Shown here: one piece after another, positions 48,519-59,371 of the stretch
Numbering within the stretch: position 1 is the stretch's first letter
Layout of the letters: every line of letters begins with the position of its first letter
Assembly: GCA_050115495.1 (NCBI GenBank)
Contig: JASFQK010000012.1
Coordinates: 86,057 to 150,056 of the forward strand
Origin: Phycisphaerae bacterium
GTDB taxonomy: Bacteria > Planctomycetota > Phycisphaerae > UBA1845 > Fen-1342
Reading direction: 5' to 3'
DNA length: 64,000 nucleotides
Notes under the pieces: generated by a model
The model's input: the letters and a program-made list of their open reading frames with translations, nothing else
Told to the model about the DNA's origin: nothing
The model's database searches: none
Program-made: the position numbers and the translations under genes

Positions 48519-48688
48519 GGCGCGCCGGGCACGGCGTGATGACTTGGACGTGCGAGCCGGTAGGGCGGATTCCACCCGCCGTTTCTTTCGCACGCCAACC
48601 CGCGTCCATTCCTCGAACGCGTGCTCCTACCACTCCGCCCGAAACGGAGTGTGGCATGCTGAAGCCGAAGGCGCCGGCATGTACACCC

Positions 48689-50266
48689 CTACCGCTCCGT
48701 CCGGAACGGCAGCGCCGGCAACCCTGCCCGATTGACCAGGTTCGGGATCGGCTCCGGCAGCATGTTCCACGCGTACCGCACCGCGACCGGTTCCGCCAGG
48801 CCGTCGTGCCAAACCACCACCGTCTCGCCTTCGATCCGCGCTTCGGCTGGCGTGTACTTGCCGTCCTCGCCGGCGATCTCAAACCCAGTCGGCTGCGACC
48901 CATCGCGTAGCACCAGCCCGCCGCCGGTATGGTCGAACTCGATCCGCACGCGCCCGTCCGTGACGGTCATCTTGCGGAAGATCGGCCCCGAGCACACGAG
49001 TTGGTCGTTCCCGTACGTCCGGGCCAGCGCCCACAGCGCCAGCCGCCGGCCGACTTCCTGCTTGTTCCGTGGGTGGATGTCGCGCCCGTCGCCGATGTCA
49101 ATCGTCGCGGCGATGCCCGTGTTGGGGATCGACAAGGCGGCGACCTGCGCCTCCCACACCGCCGGCAGTTGCTCCAGACCGATGTCCGGCCAGTACTGCG
49201 AGTAGTTGAACGGGGCGAGCTGCACGAAGTAAAACGGGAAATCGCCCTCGCCCCAAACCTCACGCCAGCCGCCGATCAGCGCCTTCATCTTGGCGCAGTA
49301 CGTCATGCCGTCGTTCGGGATGACGTTCGCTTCGCCCTGGTACCAGATGGCCCCGCGGATCGCGAACGGCGCGAGCGGATGGATCATCCCGTTGTACAGC
49401 CCCGTCGGCTCACGCTCGCTGGCCAGCGGGTGCCGCGGCCAGGCCGGCGCCGCCGGGACCGACTCGCCGGCGGCCAGTGCCGCCTCCGTGGCCGTCCTCC
49501 ACTCCTCGATCTCCTTCAGCTTCGCCGGCAGCTCTTTCGTGCGGTAGTCCTCGTCCCGCTGCTTGATCAGCTCGACCATCTGTTGCAGCGACGGTACGCC
49601 GGCGAAACCGCACGGCGGCGTCCACGGCTCGATGGCCGTCCCGCCCCACGATGAGTCGATTAACCCGATCGGCACATCGAGCCGCCGGTACAGCTCGCGC
49701 CCGAAGTAGTACCCCGCTGCGGAAAAGCCACCCCACGAGCCCGCCCCGATCGTCTCCGGGCTGCACACTCGCCACGTGGCATCTACATCGTCGGCCGGCT
49801 CACCGACCGCAGCGCGCCCCACCTCGAACAGGCGGATACGCGGGTAGCTCGCCGCGGCGATCTCCTCCTCGCCGTTCAGCGCCACGCCGACGCCCATCTC
49901 CATGTTCGACTGCCCCGAGCAGAGCCACACCTCGCCGATGAGGATGTCGGTCCGCTCCAACGTGTTCGTGCCCTTCACCGTCAGCGTGTGCGGTCCGCCG
50001 GCGGTCATGGCCGGCAGCGTCACCCGCCAGCGGCCGTCCTTGTCGGCTTTGGCCGTGGCGCTGTTCTTGTTCAGCGTGACCGTCACCTCTTCGCCGGCGT
50101 CGGCCCAGCCCCAGACCGGCAGCTCCATATCGCGTTGCAGCACCATGTGATCGTCGAAGATGTGTGGCAGCCGCACTTCCGCCACCAGTGGGGCGACCAG
50201 AACGCCGGCCACCGCCCACGCCGCGAGCCACCGCGGCCACGTTCGCCGAGACGCGCACGAGTTCAT
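48689..50266 (-). CDS. Sialate O-acetylesterase (SASA family), secreted
   Basis: DHMVLQR, GEVWLCSGQSNM, WGGT.IEPW, IWYQGE.N and DIHP.NK. Confidence 0.9.
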   Translation of the reverse strand: MNSCASRRTWPRWLAAWAVAGVLVAPLVAEVRLPHIFDDHMVLQRDMELPVWGWADAGEEVTVTLNKNSATAKADKDGRWRVTLPAMTAGGPHTLTVKGTNTLERTDILIGEVWLCSGQSNMEMGVGVALNGEEEIAAASYPRIRLFEVGRAAVGEPADDVDATWRVCSPETIGAGSWGGFSAAGYYFGRELYRRLDVPIGLIDSSWGGTAIEPWTPPCGFAGVPSLQQMVELIKQRDEDYRTKELPAKLKEIEEWRTATEAALAAGESVPAAPAWPRHPLASEREPTGLYNGMIHPLAPFAIRGAIWYQGEANVIPNDGMTYCAKMKALIGGWREVWGEGDFPFYFVQLAPFNYSQYWPDIGLEQLPAVWEAQVAALSIPNTGIAATIDIGDGRDIHPRNKQEVGRRLALWALARTYGNDQLVCSGPIFRKMTVTDGRVRIEFDHTGGGLVLRDGSQPTGFEIAGEDGKYTPAEARIEGETVVVWHDGLAEPVAVRYAWNMLPEPIPNLVNRAGLPALPFRTER

Positions 50267-50305
50267 GCTCTTCTCCAGGTAGGTCTGCTGATCGTCGCGC
50301 CGCGC

Positions 50306-52387
50306 TTACTGCTTCTGCACGGCGAAGTAGTCGATCCCGATCGCCGGGGCGGCGACGCCGTCATCCGCTCCTTCGTAGATCAGCGTCAGTGTATGCGAAC
50401 CGGCGGCCAGGTCGCGACTCTGCAACCGGAATTGTCGGGCCAGCACGCGATACGGAACGTACAGGTCGATGACGTCGCCCAACGACTTGCCGTCTAGCTC
50501 GACGCGTACCCGCCCGCCAGTGTTGTCCAGACGTGCGGCCAGGTGCAGCCGGTACTTGCCCGTCTCGGCGATCGGCAGGTTCATCTCCAGCTTCTGCCCC
50601 GCAGCCGTCGGCCGCCAGACGCAAAGCTCGCTACCCGCCCACAGGTTGTTCGTTTCCTTCTCGACCGGTGCATTCGCTGGCAGCAGCTCCTCCGCCTGGA
50701 CATACACCGCGTTGTGCATGGCGAAGCCCGCCGCCGGCTCCCAGTTGGCCGGCAGATCCAGCGGTCGCAGGTCCTCATCGGTGATGGGCAAGTGGTCGTC
50801 GATCGTCCCGGGCCGGGCGTAGTAGTAGCCGATACGGGCGTACGAAATCCCGGGCACGACGTCGTGCGGGTACAGCTCCATGTAGAACGCGAAGCGGTTG
50901 TGGAACGGCAGATCGTCGATGATGTGCCAGCGGTCGTTCGTCACGAAGCCGCGGTTGCCCGGGCCGTCATCGCGCGGCTGGCCGCAGTAGGCACAGATGA
51001 AGATATCCGGCACCGACCACGCGTAGTTGAAGTAGTCCTCCGACCCCGTCCCGAACGTCGACGGCACCACGTCGTCATCGACGAAGATCTTCTCATCGCC
51101 TTCGCCCCACCAGCCGCCGTACGGCGTCGGTACGCGCGCCGGGTTCAGCAGCATCAGCGCCGTCCCGACGTACCGCCCCGCCCCCTGCGCCACCACATAC
51201 GGCATATCCTTCGGCGGGCGATGCGTCCCCAGCACGCCGTGGTCGACACGCCACCGCGCCCGGAAATGCAGCGACCGCTCATTCCATTCGTACGGCTGCG
51301 AGCACGCCGTGCCCGCCACCGTCACTTCCTGCCCGCCGCGGTTCTCCAGCACGATCCGTAGCGACGACGCGAACGGCATCACGTAGCGACAAGTCATCGT
51401 CCCGTCCGGCGACACCGTGAACGGCAGCGAGCGGTACGGGTTGATACCCGGCGCCGCCCCGAAGAAATCACCGATCGGCGACTGCACCTGGCCCCAGTCC
51501 GCCCCGTCGCACAGCACGTGCAGCAACGTCTGCCGCAACGCGAGATCGATGTCCGCGGCCTCGACCCGCAGCGTCAGCCGCGACAGCTCCGCCGGCCCGT
51601 CGATCTTGACGACTTCCCGGCTCTCGCCCGGCGGCAACGTTACGCTGATGTCCACGGGCGTTTCCGCGGCGTTCTCAGCGAAAGCCGCGTCCGGATCGCC
51701 CAGCACCCGCGCCGCCTGCCGCAGCTCGGGCTCGTACTCCTGCAAGTCCGCCGGCGTGAACGTCCGCACGAACGTCCCCGGCTCGTACTCGCGGATCTGC
51801 ACGTGGTAGAAGTGCACCTTCTTCACATCGCCGATCCAGACCATCCGGCAGCGTTTGCCGAACGGGATCGGGCAATACGCGGCCTCATGCTGCTGGAACG
51901 TGTTGGCGAAATCGGACGTATCGAGCGTGCCCTCGGCGGCCATGGCCTTGTACGGACAGAAGAGGAAATCCGCCGCCGGCCCGTCGTAGACCGGCTTGTG
52001 CATGTCGTCCAGGAAGAGCTGGATGCTGCCTTCGATGGCGGCGGTCCAGGTGCGGACGATGGCGCCCGGACCCTGCACGTCGCAGATGAGATATTGCCCG
52101 ACGCCGTCGGCGTTGGGCGGCTCGACGACAGCCTCAAAGCCGGGCGTGTCCTCGCCGCCGAAGCCGTCCGAGTTGCCGAACCACCCCGGCCCGCCGGGCT
52201 GGTTGCTGGCTCGGTCAAAGGATGAGAACTGCACCGTCCGATAAGCCGGATCAGGCAGTTCGGTCAGCCGTTGCATGTCGGTCATCTCGCCGAGCAACTG
52301 TCCCGTATGGATCGGGTTACGAGTCGCACAGCCGGCGGGGATCAACAGCGTAACAATCAGCAATCCACGATGAGCCAAAGCCCTCAT
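50306..52387 (-). CDS. DUF2961 / GH172-like glycoside hydrolase, lipoprotein
   Basis: RBS before ATG 52387, lipobox IPAGC, GPGAIVR.W, PIGDFFG, WWGEGDEKIFVD and GTGSEDYFN. Confidence 0.85.
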   Translation of the reverse strand: MRALAHRGLLIVTLLIPAGCATRNPIHTGQLLGEMTDMQRLTELPDPAYRTVQFSSFDRASNQPGGPGWFGNSDGFGGEDTPGFEAVVEPPNADGVGQYLICDVQGPGAIVRTWTAAIEGSIQLFLDDMHKPVYDGPAADFLFCPYKAMAAEGTLDTSDFANTFQQHEAAYCPIPFGKRCRMVWIGDVKKVHFYHVQIREYEPGTFVRTFTPADLQEYEPELRQAARVLGDPDAAFAENAAETPVDISVTLPPGESREVVKIDGPAELSRLTLRVEAADIDLALRQTLLHVLCDGADWGQVQSPIGDFFGAAPGINPYRSLPFTVSPDGTMTCRYVMPFASSLRIVLENRGGQEVTVAGTACSQPYEWNERSLHFRARWRVDHGVLGTHRPPKDMPYVVAQGAGRYVGTALMLLNPARVPTPYGGWWGEGDEKIFVDDDVVPSTFGTGSEDYFNYAWSVPDIFICAYCGQPRDDGPGNRGFVTNDRWHIIDDLPFHNRFAFYMELYPHDVVPGISYARIGYYYARPGTIDDHLPITDEDLRPLDLPANWEPAAGFAMHNAVYVQAEELLPANAPVEKETNNLWAGSELCVWRPTAAGQKLEMNLPIAETGKYRLHLAARLDNTGGRVRVELDGKSLGDVIDLYVPYRVLARQFRLQSRDLAAGSHTLTLIYEGADDGVAAPAIGIDYFAVQKQ

Positions 52388-52500
52388 TTCTCCACCTCGC
52401 TTTTTCTGCTCGTGCTTCGAACTTATTCCAGCCGGAAAGGCGACAGCATACAGCGCAGACGCCCGGGGCCCAAGTCCGCGCCGACCGCCGCACGGGCGAA

Positions 52501-53201
52501 CCCTCCCAGTGTGCCACTGCTCTTGAGCAGTGTCTTCCGCCCCCGCCGGCCGCAACGAGTGTGAGCCCCCGCCAGCCGGACAGAGGCCTCTCCACGTCCG
52601 CGCCATGTGTGCCGGCCAACCGACCCGCTCGCTACCGCTCGGGGCTCGGACAGACGCCGCGCGGATCGCGCTGGACAGCCCGCGAAGCGGGCGCCGGAAT
52701 CTAGCCCCGGGTGAGCGAACGGCCGCCCCGCGGCCATTCGCGAAACCCGGGGAAAGGCCGTTCCTAACATCCAAGCCCGCGCAGCGGGCGGCGGAATCCA
52801 GGTCCCGGCAACCCCGCCGCGCTACCTTCCGTCGCCCGCTCCGCGGGCTGAGGAGGGGGTAATGGCGTCGCGTCCCCCGGGTTCCGTCCGCCGCCGACCG
52901 CCCGTTTCGGCAACCGGCGTCCCCACCGACACAGCACCTGTCGCATATCTCGTCCCCCCTCCCCGGCGGACTCCACCCGGGGCTACACTCCGCAGCCCTC
53001 CGGGCCGACACCCAATCGCACGCACCGCTCCACCCCACGCGCGCGCCCTCCGAGTGTGCCACTGTTCTTGAACAGTGTCTTTCGCCCCCGCCGACCCCAA
53101 CGAACGTGAGCCCCCGCCAGCCGCGCAGAGGCCCCTCCACGCCCGCGCCATGCGTCCCCGCCAACCGACCCGCTCGCTACCGCTCGGGGCTCGGACAGAC
53201 G
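52501..53201. repeat. REP mosaic: two ~155-bp direct repeats flanking an inverted palindromic core
   Basis: 52501-~52656 matches 53046-~53201; each carries GTGCCACTG(C/T)TCTTGA(G/A)CAGTGTC and CCGCTCGCTACCGCTCGGGGCTCGG. Between them lie AGCCCGCG(A/C)AGCGGGC units and their reverse complements. Confidence 0.8.
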
Positions 53202-53334
53202 CGTCCGCCACGCTGAGGCCCGTCCGCCGAACGCTCCGCCCCCCTCCACGCGCAGAATCTGCCTCCCCTCACCACCCCCACCGCCACCCCGCCGAAGGCC
53301 GCCGGCGGTTCATCTCGATAACGATAAGCGGAAC

Positions 53335-53517
53335 ATGACCGACCGAACCCGTCCACCCGCCGAATCGGCGACGAGTCGCCGACGATGGGCCCCGTTGCTG
53401 TTGGCCGCGGGGTGCTGGGCCAGCTTCGCTTGCTTCCTCGCCTGCTCCGAATCCTTGCGACGCTTCGGCACCGAATTGCTCCGCCTGGTGCAGAAGGTCG
53501 GCGGGACGGGCGGATGA
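53335..53517 (+). CDS. Small hypothetical membrane peptide translationally coupled to downstream gene
   Basis: 60 aa with a hydrophobic core; its TGA overlaps the ATG at 53514 (ATGA). Confidence 0.4.
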   Translation: MTDRTRPPAESATSRRRWAPLLLAAGCWASFACFLACSESLRRFGTELLRLVQKVGGTGG

Positions 53518-55415
53518 TCGTCAACCTGCTGTGGCTGATCGTGCTTTTCGTCGCCGCCGGCGTGACGGCCCGCGCCATTCTGCGCCACCTGCCGCCAGAA
53601 CCCGGCGATTCCCCCGCAGAACGCGCCATCGCCGGCGCCACGGTCTTCGTCACCTGCACGCTGGCGGCGGGGCTCCTGCCCGCGACCGTCGCCGAAATGA
53701 CGGGCCTGCCGCTCGTCACGTTGCCGATCATGGCTGTGCTGATGACCGTGTCGGCGATCGTGCTGCAGTTCTGCGGGCGAGCGCGCCCCCCTGCTGCAAC
53801 ACTGCCCGCAGCGCGACGCTGGCGTCTGCGTCTGTCGCGTGTGCTGCTGCTGACCGTGGCGCTACCTGTCGCGTTGCTGCACGTCGGCTTGCTGATCGAG
53901 GGCGCTCTTCGGCCGCCGATCGGGGCGGACGGTTTGTTCTACCACCTGCCGAACGTCGTGCGCTGGCTCGCCCACGGCCGGCTCGACATTGTCCCCGGCC
54001 TCGTGCACCCGTCTACGTCCGGCAACGGCGACGTGTGGATGATGCTCTTCGCGGCGACGCGCGTGGAGCCGCTGATCGAGCTTAGCTTCGTGCCGTTCGG
54101 CCCGCTGCTGGCGCTGACCGTCGTGCTGATCGCCCGCGAACTCGGCGCCCGTCGGCACGGGGCCGTCACCGCCGGCCTGCTCGTGCTGGCCACGCCGATG
54201 ATCTCGCTCCAAATGTACAGCTCGTACGTGGACCTGTTCGGGACGACGTTCCTGGCGGTTGGGGTGTACTACCTGCTGCGCATGCTGCGAGCCACCGGTT
54301 ACAAACCGGTGCCACAAGGAAACACGCGGCACATCGTCGTCGCCGGCCTGAGCCTCGGCGTCGCCATCGGCACCAAACTGCCGTTCCTCGTCTGGTCGGG
54401 ACCGATCGTGGCGGGCCTGCTCGCCGTGCTGGCCTGGCGCTGGTGGCACTCACGCCAACGCCGCGTCTTGACCCTCGCCATCGTCTTCATCCTGATGATG
54501 ATCCCCGGCGGCGCGTTCTGGTACCTGCGGGCCCTATGCCAGACCGGCTGGATCTTCTACCCGGTGCAGGTGACCATCGCCGGCCACACGTTCGGCGAGG
54601 GCCTAGCCACGGAGGGGTTGGTCAGCGTGCCGCGCCCCGGCCTGCCGTCGCTCGCTTATCCGTGGTTCGAGTGGAAGAACAGCGGCTACAACTACAGCGA
54701 AGGCAGCGGCGTCGGCCCGCACCTGCCCGTCTTCGCCGCCGTCGGTCTGCTCTACCTGCTGCTCCGCCGACGGCGCGGCCGGTCACGCCCTCCATGTCCG
54801 GCGACCTGGACCATCCTCGGCCTGATCGCCCTCGGCTATACGCTCGAACTCACGCTCTTCCAGTCGCACCCACGCTATGCCTTCCCGCTGTGGACACTGC
54901 TCCTGGCGGCGAGCGCCCCCCTGCTCGGCCTGCTCCTCCGGCGAGCGGCACCGTTAACGGTCCCGCTCCTCTGCCTGACCGTCTGCCTCTCCGTCGCAAT
55001 GACCGGCCTGTGGTCTGCGAAACGTCTCCTCGGCCGCGTCCGCGATGGCGACCTGAGCCGCGCCTACCTCTACGAAATCCCGCCGGTCATCGACACGCTC
55101 CCCCCGGGCACGGTCGTTCTCAACCTCGGAGAAGTGACCGCGAACTACCCCCTGCTCGGCGCAGCGTGGACGAACGTCGTCCTCAGCCCGAAGACCGCGG
55201 TCGTCTACGGCCTCACCCCGCCACTGACGCACGAAGCCCTCGCCGCCCGCGGCGTCGACGTGGTCTACATGCGTGGTGACGGCCCACCGCCGTTCGCCGA
55301 CGACGTGGAATTCCATACAATTTTTGACAATTGCCACGATCCCGACCGCCGACCGACCACCATTCCCACCCGCATCTACGGCGTCGGCCCGCTCCCGCCG
55401 CCCGCCCACCCGTAG
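53514..55415 (+). CDS. Polytopic membrane protein, GT-C type (ArnT/PMT-like) glycosyltransferase candidate
   Basis: More than 10 TMs, DGLFYHLP, YVDL, A.GTK, WYLR....G...YP and RY motifs. Confidence 0.7.
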   Translation: MIVNLLWLIVLFVAAGVTARAILRHLPPEPGDSPAERAIAGATVFVTCTLAAGLLPATVAEMTGLPLVTLPIMAVLMTVSAIVLQFCGRARPPAATLPAARRWRLRLSRVLLLTVALPVALLHVGLLIEGALRPPIGADGLFYHLPNVVRWLAHGRLDIVPGLVHPSTSGNGDVWMMLFAATRVEPLIELSFVPFGPLLALTVVLIARELGARRHGAVTAGLLVLATPMISLQMYSSYVDLFGTTFLAVGVYYLLRMLRATGYKPVPQGNTRHIVVAGLSLGVAIGTKLPFLVWSGPIVAGLLAVLAWRWWHSRQRRVLTLAIVFILMMIPGGAFWYLRALCQTGWIFYPVQVTIAGHTFGEGLATEGLVSVPRPGLPSLAYPWFEWKNSGYNYSEGSGVGPHLPVFAAVGLLYLLLRRRRGRSRPPCPATWTILGLIALGYTLELTLFQSHPRYAFPLWTLLLAASAPLLGLLLRRAAPLTVPLLCLTVCLSVAMTGLWSAKRLLGRVRDGDLSRAYLYEIPPVIDTLPPGTVVLNLGEVTANYPLLGAAWTNVVLSPKTAVVYGLTPPLTHEALAARGVDVVYMRGDGPPPFADDVEFHTIFDNCHDPDRRPTTIPTRIYGVGPLPPPAHP

Positions 55416-55548
55416 ACCGCACCCGCTCCCGCCCCTACTTGGACACCGCGGCTCGCAGTATTAAGATGCCGGTCGAGCAACGGTGCACGCCGGTGCGTGC
55501 GCAGCGACCATTCCCATGAATCACCATCTTCCAACGAAAGGACTGGGC

Positions 55549-57255
55549 ATGAGACTCTCCCGCATGTTGACCCTGCCGGTCTTGCTGCTGGTGCTGCCCG
55601 CGGCAGCGCCCGCCGGCCCGGCGGCCGATGAGCTGCTCGACCTGCTCAGCGGCGAGTTGCAGTATTCGATGGAACACCTGGCCATGCCCGATGGCACAGG
55701 ACCCTACTACCTCGCCTACACCGTCACCGACACCGACACCATCGGCATTTCGGCCACGCTCGGCGCCCTGGCCCGCGAGCAGACCAGCGACAACCGCTGG
55801 CTCGACGTCGATGTCCGCGTCGGCGACTACGACCTGGACAGCACGCACAAGATCCGCGGCGGCAACTCCCGCTTCGACCCGATGGACATGATGGGCACCG
55901 AGGGCGCCTCGCTCAGCCGCGAGATCGACGCCGACTCCATCCGCCACGCGGTCTGGCTCGCCACCGACAGCGCCTTCAAGGGCGCCGCCCGGAAGTACGA
56001 GCGCGTCCTCACCAACCTCAAGACGCAGGTCGAGGAAGAGGACAAGTCCGGTGACTTCACTCGCGAAGAGCCCGCCGTCTACAGCGAGGCGCCGGCCAAG
56101 CTGACGCTCGACACCGCCACCTGGGCCGCGACCCTGCGCGACGTCTCCAAGATGGCCCGCGATTACCCGTTGATCTACTCGTCGTCGGTCTCGCTCGTGG
56201 CCACCGCCGAGACGCGGCGCATGGTCACCAGTGAGGGTACGCGGCTGTGCGTCGCCCAGACGCTGCTCCGCGTGGCGGTCAGCGCCGACACGAAGGCCGA
56301 CGACGGCATGGAACTCAACCAGACGTTCATCTTCAACGCCTCCAGCGAAGCCGGCCTGCCCACGCCCGACCAGATCAAGGCCGCCTTCAAGGACGTGATC
56401 GACCAGGTCCTCGCCCTGCGCGAGGCGCCGCTGGTCGAGCCCTACATCGGTCCGGCCATCCTCATGAACCGTGCCAGTGGCGTCTTCTTCCACGAGATCT
56501 TCGGTCACCGTATCGAGGGTCATCGCCAGAAGGACGTCAGCGAGGGCCAAACCTTCGCCAAGATGGTCGGCGAGGCCGTCCTCCCCGACTTCCTCACTGT
56601 CCGCGACGACCCGACGCTGGCCAACTTCGGCGGCGAGGACCTGCGCGGCTTCTACCGCTACGACAACGAGGGCGTCGCCGGCCAGAACGTCCTGCTCGTG
56701 GAGAACGGCATCCTGCGGCGGTTCCTCCAGGGCCGTTCGCCGCTCGAGGGCTTCCCGCACTCCAACGGCCACGGCCGCCGGGAGGAGGGCAACACCGTCG
56801 TCGCCCGCCAGGGCAACTTGATCATCGAATCCAGCGCCGCCGTCAGCTTCGATGAGCTCCGCAAGCTACTCATCGAGGAATGCCGCAAGCAGGACAAGCC
56901 CTACGGCCTGCTCTTCTCCGACATTTCTGGCGGCTTCACCGGCACGCGTCGCTCGGGTCCGCAGTCTTTCAAGGTCCTGCCGATCGTCGTCTACCGCGTC
57001 TACGCCGACGGCCGCCCCGATGAGCTCGTCCGCGGTGTCGACATCGTCGGCACGCCGCTGACCTGCTTCTCCAAGATCATCCGCACCGGTGACGATCCCG
57101 CCGCCTTCAACGGCACTTGCGGCGCCGAGTCCGGCAGCGTTCCCGTCTCCGCCGTCAGCCCCAGCATCCTCGTCTCGCAGATCGAGGTCGAGAAGCGGCA
57201 GCGCGAGCAGGACAAGCCGCCGATCCTGACGCCCCCGATCGCGGAGGAGAAGTAA
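55549..57255 (+). CDS. TldD-family metallopeptidase with signal peptide
   Basis: HEIFGHRIEGH, DDPT, YDNEG, SNGHGR and C-terminal CGA; N-terminal hydrophobic signal. Confidence 0.85.
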   Translation: MRLSRMLTLPVLLLVLPAAAPAGPAADELLDLLSGELQYSMEHLAMPDGTGPYYLAYTVTDTDTIGISATLGALAREQTSDNRWLDVDVRVGDYDLDSTHKIRGGNSRFDPMDMMGTEGASLSREIDADSIRHAVWLATDSAFKGAARKYERVLTNLKTQVEEEDKSGDFTREEPAVYSEAPAKLTLDTATWAATLRDVSKMARDYPLIYSSSVSLVATAETRRMVTSEGTRLCVAQTLLRVAVSADTKADDGMELNQTFIFNASSEAGLPTPDQIKAAFKDVIDQVLALREAPLVEPYIGPAILMNRASGVFFHEIFGHRIEGHRQKDVSEGQTFAKMVGEAVLPDFLTVRDDPTLANFGGEDLRGFYRYDNEGVAGQNVLLVENGILRRFLQGRSPLEGFPHSNGHGRREEGNTVVARQGNLIIESSAAVSFDELRKLLIEECRKQDKPYGLLFSDISGGFTGTRRSGPQSFKVLPIVVYRVYADGRPDELVRGVDIVGTPLTCFSKIIRTGDDPAAFNGTCGAESGSVPVSAVSPSILVSQIEVEKRQREQDKPPILTPPIAEEK

Positions 57256-57342
57256 GGCCCGCGCCCTGCGGCGCGTGGCCCCGGGCCCGACCGTGAAACC
57301 TCGACCCGGCCCCGCGGCCGGTTCATTGCCAGGAGCAAAACC

Positions 57343-59121
57343 GTGAAACACCAGCTTCAAAGACTCTTCGCCGTCCTCGGCCTGGTGGTGGCACTCGCTC
57401 TACCCTCGTTCGCCCAGGACGACAGCCTGCCCGGCAGCGACGTGCTCATGAAGGCTCTCGCCGACGAGCTCGCCCGCTCGATGACCCTCAAGCTCGAAGA
57501 CCTCGCCACCCCCTACTTCATCCAGTACGACGTCTCCGACAGCATCAACTACACGCTGTCGGCCACCTACGGCGCCATCGTCGATTCCGATCGCACGCGT
57601 GGCCGCACGCTCAACTGCCAGGTCCGCGTCGGTTCATACGAATTGGACAACACCAACTTCGCCGAGAGCGGACTGGGGCGGCTTTTCGGCGGGCGACGGG
57701 GCGGCGGCTCGCGCGCCGGCCTGCCCCTCGACGATGACTACATGGCCATTCGCCAGATCGCCTGGCTCGTCACTGACGGCGAGTACAAGGGCGCCGTCGA
57801 GACCCTCACGCAGAAGCAGGCCTACCTGCGCGACAAGAACATCGCCGACCGGCCCAACGACTACACCCCCGCGGATCCGGTCGAACACCTCGACCCGCCG
57901 GCCGTGCTCGAGTTCGACCGCGCCGCCTGGGAGGAGAATCTTAAGCAGCTCTCCGCCCGCTTCAAGGAATACCCGCAGGTGCAGGACTCCGGCGTGCGCT
58001 TGTACGTCGGCGCAGGCAACTCCTATCTCGTCAATTCCGAGGGCACACGCCTGCGCACGGCCGACACCGGCGTGCTGCTGCTGGTCAGCGCCCGCGTGCA
58101 GTGCGAAGACGGCATGCGCATCTCCGACAGTCGCAGCTACACCGGCCTGACCGTTGCCGACCTGCCGCCCATGGAGCAGCTCAGCGCCAATCTTGATGAG
58201 ATGGTCGCCGGCCTCACCGCCAGCATGGAGGCCCCCTCCATCGACTTCTACGCCGGCCCGGTGCTCTTCGACGGCGTGTCCGCCCCGCAGGTATTCCGCA
58301 GCATGCTGGCCGACGGTCTCGCCGCCAAGCCGGACCCCGTCGGCGAACGCCGCCGCAGCCGATCGGATGGCGGCAGCCTTGAGACGAAACTCGGCGCCCG
58401 CGTGCTGCCGAAGTCGTGGAAGGTCTGGGACAACCCCACGACCGAGCGTCAGTACGGCAAGGTCCTCCTCGGACACTACAAGTATGACGAAGAGGGTGTG
58501 CCCGCCCAGCACGTCGATCTCGTCGTCGATGGCCGTCTCAAAACGCTGTGCGCGTCGCGCGCTCCCACGCAGAAGCTCACCGCCTCCAACGGCCACGCCC
58601 GCCGTGGCGGCGGCGGCGGAGCCCAGGCCGCCGTCGGCTGCCTGTTCCTTGAGGACGAGGACGGCCTCTCCGTCGACGACCTCAAAATGCAGCTTATCGA
58701 AGCCGCCCGTGACGAAGGCCTCGAGTTCGGCGTGCGCGTCGAGTCCATCCGCTCGGCAGAGATTTCCTCTAGCCAGTCCGACCTGATCGCCATGCTCCTG
58801 CGCGGCCGTCGTGGCGGCGGTGGTGGCGGGCCTCGGCTCGGCGACCCCGTCCTGGCCTACAAGGTCTTCGTCGAGGACGGCCACGAAGAGCCCTTCCGCG
58901 GCTGCGAGTTCGGCGACGTCGATGTCAGCGAGCTCAAGGACATCCTGGCCGCCGGCGACTCGCCGGTGATCTACAACTACATCGGCGTCGGCATGCGCGG
59001 CACAACTCCGCCGACGACGATCGTTGCTCCGCCGGTGCTCTTCGAAGAGCTCGAGCTCTCGCGGATTCAGGAGGAATACGACAAGCCGCCGATCCTCCAC
59101 GACCCGATCTTCCGCAAGTAG
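57343..59121 (+). CDS. TldE/PmbA-like partner with signal peptide
   Basis: Homologous architecture (VRVGSYELDN, YAGPVLF, DNPT, YDEEG, SNGHAR) but no HExxxH; signal ends PSFA. Confidence 0.8.
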   Translation: MKHQLQRLFAVLGLVVALALPSFAQDDSLPGSDVLMKALADELARSMTLKLEDLATPYFIQYDVSDSINYTLSATYGAIVDSDRTRGRTLNCQVRVGSYELDNTNFAESGLGRLFGGRRGGGSRAGLPLDDDYMAIRQIAWLVTDGEYKGAVETLTQKQAYLRDKNIADRPNDYTPADPVEHLDPPAVLEFDRAAWEENLKQLSARFKEYPQVQDSGVRLYVGAGNSYLVNSEGTRLRTADTGVLLLVSARVQCEDGMRISDSRSYTGLTVADLPPMEQLSANLDEMVAGLTASMEAPSIDFYAGPVLFDGVSAPQVFRSMLADGLAAKPDPVGERRRSRSDGGSLETKLGARVLPKSWKVWDNPTTERQYGKVLLGHYKYDEEGVPAQHVDLVVDGRLKTLCASRAPTQKLTASNGHARRGGGGGAQAAVGCLFLEDEDGLSVDDLKMQLIEAARDEGLEFGVRVESIRSAEISSSQSDLIAMLLRGRRGGGGGGPRLGDPVLAYKVFVEDGHEEPFRGCEFGDVDVSELKDILAAGDSPVIYNYIGVGMRGTTPPTTIVAPPVLFEELELSRIQEEYDKPPILHDPIFRK

Positions 59122-59371
59122 CGTCTTCCGTGGCACCGGTTGCATCCGGTGCGTCGCCCCGGACGTGTAGCGTCGGCCCCCCGTGGCCGACGTCGACCGG
59201 CAGAAACCACACAGCGGCGCGGGCACCCACCCACGGGTCCCCGCGCCGCTGCCGCGCGCCGAACCGTCTCCCGCCCCGCCGGCCACGCCCCCCCATCGCT
59301 TGCCGACCCACCCCCGTCCTCGCGCCGTTCTGCCTTCTGACGCCTGTCGCCTGACTTTCGACTTCCGCCCA

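Noticed and set aside
52388..53164. 259-aa N-terminal extension of the DUF2961 ORF
   Set aside because: It runs through a REP mosaic; the RBS and lipoprotein signal at 52387 define the likely start.
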